Source of the DNA: Candidatus Rifleibacteriota bacterium
GTDB lineage: Bacteria > Muiribacteriota > Ozemobacteria > Ozemobacterales > Ozemobacteraceae
Assembly (NCBI GenBank): GCA_051747585.1
Contig: JBNJGH010000041.1
Location: 1-25,135 of the forward strand
Length of the DNA stretch: 25,135 nt
Reading direction: 5' to 3'
Part shown: positions 1 to 7,013 of the stretch, one piece after another
Numbering within the stretch: position 1 is the stretch's first letter
How the letters are laid out: each line of letters opens with the position of its first letter
Position numbers and translations under genes: made by a program
The notes under the pieces: generated by a model
What the model was told of the DNA's origin: nothing
Seen by the model: the letters and a program-made list of their open reading frames with translations, nothing else
The model's database searches: none

Positions 1-13
1 TTAATTATTTTAA

Positions 14-3000
14 CTACAGCTGCAGGGGGAATTTGTCGGCGAGGGTCATGTCAAGCACATCGCCCTTGAACCACGGCGGGCAATATTTAGATTTACGCAG
101 TTTAAGAAATGCATCGACAATTTCGGGGTCAAATTGAGTGCCTGAGCATCTAATTACTTCATCGACCGCTTCCTGGAAAGTGAGTGGGCGGCGATAGGGT
201 CTTTGTGAAGTTATTGCATCGAAGGAATCTGCTACGCAAATGATTCTAGAACCAAGAGGGATATTTTCACCGCCGAGACCATCTGGATAACCTCGACCAT
301 CAAACCTTTCGTGATGATGTTTGATTATTTCGCAAACATTTTTAAGAAATTCAATTGAATTCAAAATACCGGCACCAATATGGGGATGAGATTTGATTGC
401 TTCAAATTCTTCATCGGTCAATCTGCCCGGCTTGAGCAATATTTGCTCTGAAATACCAATTTTACCGACATCATGCAGCAATGAAGCATGCCTGATAGTA
501 TCGACCTCGCTTTTTGCCAGGTTCAGCTGCATGGCAAGGCCCACACTTAAATCTGTTACTCTTCTTGAATGACCGTGGGTGTAACTGTCTTTTGCATCGA
601 TGGCAGCGGCCAACGAGCGAATTGTTTCAAGATAAACATTCAAAAGGTTGTGATAAAGACGAGCGTTCTCGATAGCAATTGAAGCCTGGGAAGCCAGAGT
701 TTCGAGCAAATCGAGGTTTTCGGGTGTAAAGGGCCCTTTTTTGGAAATAAGCCTTTCACAATTGATTACCCCAACCAGATTGTCTTTATTGACCAGAGGC
801 GCTGAAATCAAGGTTAAATCTGACTTCTTACCGACAATAGGCAACTCTTTATAGTCGGTACTCCGACCTGTATGCTCAATTTTAATTGGTCTGCGACTAA
901 TGGCAGCTTGACCGGCTACCCCCTCACCAATAGGCAAGCGCAAATTTTTTACCGTGTTGTTTTCGAAACCGCGATAAACTTCGACGTAAAGTTCCTGTCT
1001 GACATCATCAAAAAGCATTAAAGTAGCCCGGTCAGACTCGGTTATTCTTGTTGTCATATCGATAAAATAGTTCAGAACAGAGTCGAGATCGAGAGATGAA
1101 TTTATCGCTTTGCCAAGTTCCTGAATCAAACTCAGTTCAGCAACCTGCATATCGGTTTTTTCGTGAAGACTTGCATTGGCAATCGCCTGAGAAATCTGGC
1201 CGGAAATACCCAGAAGCAGATTGAGATCATCTTCGAAAAAGGCATCGCCAGAACGTTTATTATTTACATTCAAGACACCAAGCAGAACATTATGATGAAG
1301 AATAGGAACAGATAAAACTGATCTTGTTTTGTAATCCATTCTTCCGTGGTGATTGGCAAAACGAACATCTTTTGAAATATCTTTTAAGAGAACTGGTTTG
1401 CGATTCTGAGCCACCCAGCCGGCAATGCCTTCGCCCATTTTCACTTCAACCTGACCAACCATATCACTTGGCAAACCAATAGCGGCATCAAGAGTCAAAA
1501 CGTCATTCATTTTGTCATAAGCCATTAGCGAGCAATTTTCTACATCCATAACTTCTTGAACCTGCTGCAAAATGGTATCGAACAGCTTGGTAATATTAAG
1601 AGTTTTTGATACAGAATAGCCGACTTTGTAAAGAGTCGACAGGTAATCGAGCTTGCGTTTCGAATCAAGAAACAGCCGCTCATTTTCAAAGTGTGAAGTA
1701 AAAATATGCCCGGCGGTATTTAACAAGTCCTGATCTGACTCGGTCAGAGTTTCACCATCTTCGGTATGGTAAATAGCAAGCGTACCTATAAAGCGTTCAT
1801 CAGATGAAGTAAGAGGCACGATAAGCAACGACCGGGCAAAATGATCAAGAAAGGAATTTCGCGCGATTGTTGTATCACGTTGTACATCGTCGATCAGCAA
1901 CGCTTTCTTTTGCGAAGCGACCCAGCCATGATAGCCTTTTCCTCTACCGATAATCAGGTTGTCGAGTTCTTCGGGCAAGCCATAAGAAGCCTTCATAACC
2001 AACTCTTCATTATCGCTGTTAAAAACCATTAAGGAAGCTGCATTACTGTCGAGAGCATCACAGATCTCTTTAAGCAGCAAACAATATTCGGTTCTGTTGA
2101 GTGATCTGACAGACAAGCCCTCGGAAATAGCGAACAAACGAGAAAGTTCTTTAACCTTTTCGTTCGAATTAGCAAGCAGGCGGGCATTTTCAAGGACCTT
2201 GGTAACCATCGAAGCCAGAGTATTCAAAGAAGCCACATCATCTTTGGAAAAAGCGCTGATATCAGATGAATCAACAGCTATAACTCCTATAAGCTTATCA
2301 CCGACAAGCAGAGGCACAGCCATTTCTGAATAGATGGTTTCAGGCGTTTCAATGTATCTAGGCTCGAGCAAAACATTAGGGACATTCAGAGCCTCTTTAT
2401 TGCGGGCAACCCATCCGGTAATTCCCTGGCCGAACGGAACTCTGATTTTTTTAACTTCTTGAGGGTATTTGCCCCGGGCCACGGCAACCTCGAGATAGTC
2501 TTTGGCATCTTTGCGCAACAAAAGAGCGCCACAGGTAGCTCCGGTAATTTCTATGGCTATATCCATAAGAAATTCGAGCAGATTTTGAAACTCGAGGCTC
2601 GAGTTTATTACGTTAGAAGCCTCTTCGAGAACTGAAAGTATTTTTTCTTTGCGAGCCAACGACTCTTTTTCGGCAGCCAGGTCAATCATCTGCAAAAAGA
2701 AACTGTCAATGGATTCAACTGCAGCTTCGACCTGATTTTCGGTTAAAACCGGCAGTTTTTCGTTTCCGTCATACTTGCTTTCAGGGTTCAAGAACGGCCC
2801 CATTAATACAGCACCATAAAGATTGCCGCGATAGTTGAGCTTCATTAACCTGACGATCGAACCGTCGGGGCGCTCGACTATATCTGAGGTAGGATAATCG
2901 ACAAACTCACTCGCGTCTGGCAATCCCTTGAAAATTTCTTCGAGACTGCCAACCACAACTTCGCCCCTATCGTTAAAAGGAACAATATTAAGACCGGTTA

Positions 3001-3076
3001 AACGACGAAAACGACCAAGAAAGCTTTTTAAACTTTCCCGGTCACATACTTCTTCTAAATAGATTTTCCTGACCAC
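14..3076 (-). CDS. Multi-GAF sensor HD-GYP phosphodiesterase (likely c-di-GMP turnover): PocR-like N-terminus, four tandem GAF domains, HD-GYP domain
   Basis: 1020-aa ORF. Four GAF-type repeats (GQGITGWVA..AVPL..LIGVI; GYHGWVA..IVPL; GEGIAGWVA..SVPI..LGVLNV; GEGVAGQAA..SAPL..VGVIN). C-terminal HD-GYP motifs DAKDSYTHGHSRRV, LLHDVGKIG, HHHERFDGRGYPDGL, VADSFDA. Confidence 0.92.
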   Translation of the reverse strand: MVRKIYLEEVCDRESLKSFLGRFRRLTGLNIVPFNDRGEVVVGSLEEIFKGLPDASEFVDYPTSDIVERPDGSIVRLMKLNYRGNLYGAVLMGPFLNPESKYDGNEKLPVLTENQVEAAVESIDSFFLQMIDLAAEKESLARKEKILSVLEEASNVINSSLEFQNLLEFLMDIAIEITGATCGALLLRKDAKDYLEVAVARGKYPQEVKKIRVPFGQGITGWVARNKEALNVPNVLLEPRYIETPETIYSEMAVPLLVGDKLIGVIAVDSSDISAFSKDDVASLNTLASMVTKVLENARLLANSNEKVKELSRLFAISEGLSVRSLNRTEYCLLLKEICDALDSNAASLMVFNSDNEELVMKASYGLPEELDNLIIGRGKGYHGWVASQKKALLIDDVQRDTTIARNSFLDHFARSLLIVPLTSSDERFIGTLAIYHTEDGETLTESDQDLLNTAGHIFTSHFENERLFLDSKRKLDYLSTLYKVGYSVSKTLNITKLFDTILQQVQEVMDVENCSLMAYDKMNDVLTLDAAIGLPSDMVGQVEVKMGEGIAGWVAQNRKPVLLKDISKDVRFANHHGRMDYKTRSVLSVPILHHNVLLGVLNVNNKRSGDAFFEDDLNLLLGISGQISQAIANASLHEKTDMQVAELSLIQELGKAINSSLDLDSVLNYFIDMTTRITESDRATLMLFDDVRQELYVEVYRGFENNTVKNLRLPIGEGVAGQAAISRRPIKIEHTGRSTDYKELPIVGKKSDLTLISAPLVNKDNLVGVINCERLISKKGPFTPENLDLLETLASQASIAIENARLYHNLLNVYLETIRSLAAAIDAKDSYTHGHSRRVTDLSVGLAMQLNLAKSEVDTIRHASLLHDVGKIGISEQILLKPGRLTDEEFEAIKSHPHIGAGILNSIEFLKNVCEIIKHHHERFDGRGYPDGLGGENIPLGSRIICVADSFDAITSQRPYRRPLTFQEAVDEVIRCSGTQFDPEIVDAFLKLRKSKYCPPWFKGDVLDMTLADKFPLQL

Positions 3077-3114
3077 TATGCTTTAACTTTCCTGTTACTA
3101 AATACTCTAAGATT

Positions 3115-3142
3115 AACTTACGGTCATATAAACCCATGTCAA
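3115..3142 (-). promoter_or_regulatory. Possible sigma70-type promoter for the HD-GYP gene
   Basis: Minus strand TTGACA (3142-3137), 16-nt spacer, TAAGTT (3120-3115). The -35 box lies inside the inverted repeat AAACCC-N7-GGGTTT (3130-3148). Confidence 0.45.
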
Positions 3143-3148
3143 GGGTTT

Positions 3149-3574
3149 CTAATTAACTTCTATAACAGAATTCTTTCCTTCATATTTATTCTGAACATTG
3201 GTTTCAGATTTCGGATCGACAACCCAGTCGGTGTCATTTACTACGAACTGATATTCATGCTTGCCGGGTTTAAGGTTAACAGAACATTTCCATATACCGT
3301 CTTCTTTTTTCATCGGGTTTGCACTTTTGTTCCAGTCATTGAAAGTCCCTACCAGTGAAACCTTGGTAGCATCCGGATCTTCAAGTTCAAATTCTACTTC
3401 TACTGGTTCGCCATCAGACTGGTTGTCTGATTCATCATTTTCTTCATCGAGCTTTTCAGCTTCTTCTTCCCACATTTCTTCTTCTTCAAAGCTGTGTTCG
3501 CGACCGACGATATAACCAACACCAAAAACGCTGGCCATAATAAAAAGTTTCCATACAAATCTGAGAAATCTCAT
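3149..3574 (-). CDS. Membrane-anchored glycogen-binding protein (CBM48 / AMPK-beta-like early-set domain)
   Basis: Hydrophobic N-terminus (FVWKLFIMASVFGVGYIVG) and acidic linker, then ATKVSLVGTFNDW..PMKKEDGIW...LKPGKHEYQFVVN..WVVDP..NSVIEV. AGGAGG SD upstream of the ATG. Confidence 0.85.
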   Translation of the reverse strand: MRFLRFVWKLFIMASVFGVGYIVGREHSFEEEEMWEEEAEKLDEENDESDNQSDGEPVEVEFELEDPDATKVSLVGTFNDWNKSANPMKKEDGIWKCSVNLKPGKHEYQFVVNDTDWVVDPKSETNVQNKYEGKNSVIEVN

Positions 3575-3599
3575 TTGCTGACCTCCTAATGCTTTTACG

Positions 3600-5882
3600 C
3601 TATTTTATAACCCGAAGATTAGCATACTGCAACAATAATGTTTTTCTGCCTTTTTTATCAAAGCTGACCGTAACTCTAAAGTCGGCCAGTGAACTACCTT
3701 CGGTAGCAACTATAATTCCTTCGCCAAAAATATGATGACGAACTTTAACTCCTGATTCTAAATTTATCATGGTTGCGGCTTCAGTTCCAGTAGAATCGTT
3801 AAGTTCGGGAGCAACTTTTCTTTTTTCTGCCCAGTTCGCTCGGGTAAAGCCTGCATTAGAGCCGGCTACCACTTTGGAACTCAATGCACCGGGAATTGAA
3901 GCGGCTGTTTTTCTTTCAGAGCCGGATCCGCTCCAGGAAGCAGTTCTACCCCGGCTGATATTTGAATCATAACCATAAAGATGCGCGGGCACCTCGGTTA
4001 CAAATCTGGATACCGGATTCGAACCCCAGGAACCAAACATCATTCGCCGACTCGAAGCAGTAAGAATAAGTCTTCTTTTTGCCCTGGTCATGCCCACATA
4101 AGCCAGACGTCGCTCTTCTTCAAGTTCTTCAGGAGCGTCTTTAGATGAATGATGCGGGAAAATACCTTCTTCCATTGCCATCATTATAATTACGGGAAAT
4201 TCAAGCCCCTTGGCGTTATGCAAAGTCATTAAATGGACCTTTTCTTTCTCTTCATCAATGTCATCCTGAGCAGAGTGTAAAGCCGCATTGGCCAGATACT
4301 CGCTCAAAGTAAGTTCGGGGTTGTCTTCTTCCATGTATCTTATATCAGAAACAAGGGCTTGAACGTTGTATTCTCTGTCTTGAGCGGTTTCAGGATCATC
4401 TTTTTTCAAATAATTAATAAAATCTATATCATCTATTATTTTTTTACAGAGGGTTGAAACCTTAAGATCGTCGGCGGCTTCTAAAAAGCCAAGCATCAGC
4501 TTGAAAAAGCTGCCGGTTTTAGAACCGGGATGGGCGGCGCCTTCAGCAGCAATGGCATCCCAGATGGGAATCTGGGCCTCTTGAGTTATTCGGTTGATTG
4601 TGCCTGCACCAATGCCACGACGCGGTGTATTGATTATACGTTCAAGAGATATGGAATCTCTTAAATTATCTATAGCTCTCAGATAGGCAAGAATATCTTT
4701 AACTTCGCGTCGGTCAAAGAATTTTGTTCCGCCGGTAATTTCATAGGGAAGATTATATTTTTGCAATACCTGCTCTATAGATCTGGTTAAACTGTTCATT
4801 CTAAAAAGCACTGCAAAATCTGAATAACTGTAGCCCTTTTCAACAAGTTCCATTATGGTTTTTACTACCCACTCAGCTTCCTGGCGGTCATCTCTGGCGC
4901 GCTTGAAAACAAGCGGGTCACCGCCGCTCAGATCGGTCCAGAGTTTTTTGGGGTGGGCACTCATGTTATTGGCAATGACTTCACCGGCAGCATCAAGAAT
5001 GTGCTGAGTAGACCTGTAGTTTCGTTCGAGTTTAACAACTACGGCACCGGGAAAATCTTTTTCAAAGTCTTGTATATTGCGAATTGTGGCACCACGCCAG
5101 CTGTAAATAGACTGATCTTCGTCGCCGACCACACACAGATTGCCCGACTTGCCCGACAAAAGAGAAACAAGGCGGTATTGTGCATGGTTCGTATCCTGGT
5201 ATTCATCTACAAGAAAATATTTATACTGATCCTGAAGGCGATTAAGCAGCTCAGGGTTTTCATTCAGCATCGTAAATGCCTTAAAAATCAGATCATCAAA
5301 ATCGGCGGCCTGATTTTTTGTAAGAGCCCTCTGGTAGTCTTCGTATACTTGAGAGACCTTGTCTGCCAATGCAGAGCCTCCGCCGGCAAATTCTGCATAA
5401 CCCTCGGGACCCACGAGCTCATTTTTTGCCTGAGAAATCAAAGAAAGCATATTTTTTGGCGAAAATTTCTTCGGATCGATTTTTCTGTTTTTAAGAATCT
5501 GCTTCATTAACCTCTGGCTATCAGTTTCATCATAAATGGTAAAGCCGTCTTCAAATCCGGCATATTTGTGCCAACGTCGCAGAAGCAGACAGCAAAACGA
5601 GTGAAAAGTGGTTAAAGTAATTTTGTGCGCTCCCTCGACCATTTCTTCGACTCTTTCGCGCATCTCTCGGGCCGCTTTGTTGGTAAAAGTAACAGCAAGA
5701 ATACTTTCGGGTGCCACGTCGCACTGTTCAACCAGATAGGCAATACGCACTGTGAGCATTCGCGTTTTACCCGAACCAGCACCGGCAACAACCAGCAGGG
5801 GGCCGTTGGTATTTTTTACCGCCATCAACTGGCTTTCGTTAAGCTGAGTTAAACTATCTTCAATACTGTTAAACACTGGCAT
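3600..5882 (-). CDS. pcrA: ATP-dependent SF1A DNA helicase PcrA/UvrD
   Basis: Motifs LN..Q, AGAGSGKT, TFTNKAAREM, TFHS, DEYQDTN, GDEDQSIYSWRGA, LERNYRS, TLHNAKGLEFP, EEERRLAYVGMTRA, plus a C-terminal Tudor-like tail (VRHHIFGEG..F..GRKTL). The true start is probably ATG 5882 or GTG 5876 (SD AAGGGA), not 5927, which overlaps the upstream gene. Confidence 0.95.
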   Translation of the reverse strand: MPVFNSIEDSLTQLNESQLMAVKNTNGPLLVVAGAGSGKTRMLTVRIAYLVEQCDVAPESILAVTFTNKAAREMRERVEEMVEGAHKITLTTFHSFCCLLLRRWHKYAGFEDGFTIYDETDSQRLMKQILKNRKIDPKKFSPKNMLSLISQAKNELVGPEGYAEFAGGGSALADKVSQVYEDYQRALTKNQAADFDDLIFKAFTMLNENPELLNRLQDQYKYFLVDEYQDTNHAQYRLVSLLSGKSGNLCVVGDEDQSIYSWRGATIRNIQDFEKDFPGAVVVKLERNYRSTQHILDAAGEVIANNMSAHPKKLWTDLSGGDPLVFKRARDDRQEAEWVVKTIMELVEKGYSYSDFAVLFRMNSLTRSIEQVLQKYNLPYEITGGTKFFDRREVKDILAYLRAIDNLRDSISLERIINTPRRGIGAGTINRITQEAQIPIWDAIAAEGAAHPGSKTGSFFKLMLGFLEAADDLKVSTLCKKIIDDIDFINYLKKDDPETAQDREYNVQALVSDIRYMEEDNPELTLSEYLANAALHSAQDDIDEEKEKVHLMTLHNAKGLEFPVIIMMAMEEGIFPHHSSKDAPEELEEERRLAYVGMTRAKRRLILTASSRRMMFGSWGSNPVSRFVTEVPAHLYGYDSNISRGRTASWSGSGSERKTAASIPGALSSKVVAGSNAGFTRANWAEKRKVAPELNDSTGTEAATMINLESGVKVRHHIFGEGIIVATEGSSLADFRVTVSFDKKGRKTLLLQYANLRVIK

Positions 5883-5887
5883 TCCCT

Positions 5888-6994
5888 TTAAATTTCTTCG
5901 GCTGCATCGTAACACATAACCACCCATTGCCCAACAATAAAATTATATAGTTCACGAGTCTGCAAATTATATAAAGCTCCCTTGTAATCTTCAATTTCTA
6001 CTGTTGCCACCGAATCTTCTTCGATGATGCCTTTTTTATTTAAAACAGGAACCAGCATACCAGGTTTCAAATGAGATGCAGGTAGAATATAAAAGGGAGC
6101 TCTACGCGAAAGCTGTATCTTTTTAACTACCTCGAGGCTGTCGAGATGAGAAAGAGTCTTAACAAACAACTCGGCCTCTTCAAGATCATCTCGGGTTATT
6201 TCCAGATACCACAAGCCATGTTTGCCCTGTTTTCGCTTAAAATTCTTATGCTCGGCATGGTTTTGCTCAATAGAACCATCAATTTGAATCAGATGCGAAT
6301 ATCTACCCGCCCGTTTACGCATTTCATTGCCACCGAAAAGAATAAACTGAATTGCATTGGAAACCGGATTATTACTGCTTGAAAGTCTCATAGTAATATG
6401 CGGATGTTCTATAAACATATGCCAGTCAATCAGCAGTTTTTGCGCACGAGAGGGGGTATCAATATTGTTAAACAACTCGCGAATCATTTCATCTGAAAGA
6501 TCTGAATCAGGCTGTCTTGAAGAAAAACAGACATTTGGTAAACCGTATTTAAAAACGGCATAGTTTTCCATAAAGGTAGAATTAGGTAGATTGGCAGTTG
6601 TTTCTATAATCCAGATTCTATCGATCAAATCCGGCTGATTGAACAGATCCTGCTGAAGGTTCTGCATAGCAATAAGATCACGCATCAGATCAGAAGAAAC
6701 CCCGACGCGGAACCCGAGAGACGATCGTTCATGCAGATAAAGAGTATAATGCCTCAGCAAGGGATTAATGCGGCCAAAACACAACTGATCGGGGGTACAA
6801 CGAATAGTTGCCCCCCGAGCAGTTGTAATTTTAAACAAAGGTATTCTGTGATCATAATTCACAAAAACATCTTTGACTCTTGTAACGCTTGTATTACCCC
6901 AGCCCGAGGCACCCGAAACCATGCCTTCTTCTCTGATTTCGGAAATAGCTACCTGTTTGTCACTACAGAGTATTTTGGCGTCTGCCGCAAACAT
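5888..6994 (-). CDS. Free-standing intein-like (HINT-fold) protein with an internal GIY-YIG-like domain; splicing residues absent
   Basis: Block A-like MFAADAKILCSD...ISEIREEGMV. Block B-like LFKITTARGATIRCTPDQ. HINT motif LPASHLKPGMLV. Blocks F/G-like DSVATVEIEDYKGALYNLQTRELYNFIVGQWVVMC. Has its own SD (AGAAAGGT) and stop codon. Confidence 0.8.
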   Translation of the reverse strand: MFAADAKILCSDKQVAISEIREEGMVSGASGWGNTSVTRVKDVFVNYDHRIPLFKITTARGATIRCTPDQLCFGRINPLLRHYTLYLHERSSLGFRVGVSSDLMRDLIAMQNLQQDLFNQPDLIDRIWIIETTANLPNSTFMENYAVFKYGLPNVCFSSRQPDSDLSDEMIRELFNNIDTPSRAQKLLIDWHMFIEHPHITMRLSSSNNPVSNAIQFILFGGNEMRKRAGRYSHLIQIDGSIEQNHAEHKNFKRKQGKHGLWYLEITRDDLEEAELFVKTLSHLDSLEVVKKIQLSRRAPFYILPASHLKPGMLVPVLNKKGIIEEDSVATVEIEDYKGALYNLQTRELYNFIVGQWVVMCYDAAEEI

Positions 6995-7013
6995 TCAATA
7001 CCTTTCTATATCT

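Noticed and set aside
4953..5510. 185-aa antisense ORF inside pcrA, and similar antisense or nested ORFs (e.g. 17368-17931, 21396-21875, 14796-15215, 15593-15988, 7047-7430)
   Set aside because: Shadow frames of well-supported genes, with no recognisable motifs or translation signals.
5883..5927. 15-codon upstream extension of the pcrA frame overlapping the end of the intein-like gene (possible frameshift fusion)
   Set aside because: No slippery site is evident, the extension has no helicase similarity, an SD precedes ATG 5882/GTG 5876, and an N-terminal intein without catalytic residues could not splice anyway.
5888..6994. Calling the ORF an active intein, a split-intein half or a pseudogene
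   Set aside because: It has no extein, contains both the N- and C-terminal HINT blocks, lacks the catalytic residues, and has no stops or frameshifts.
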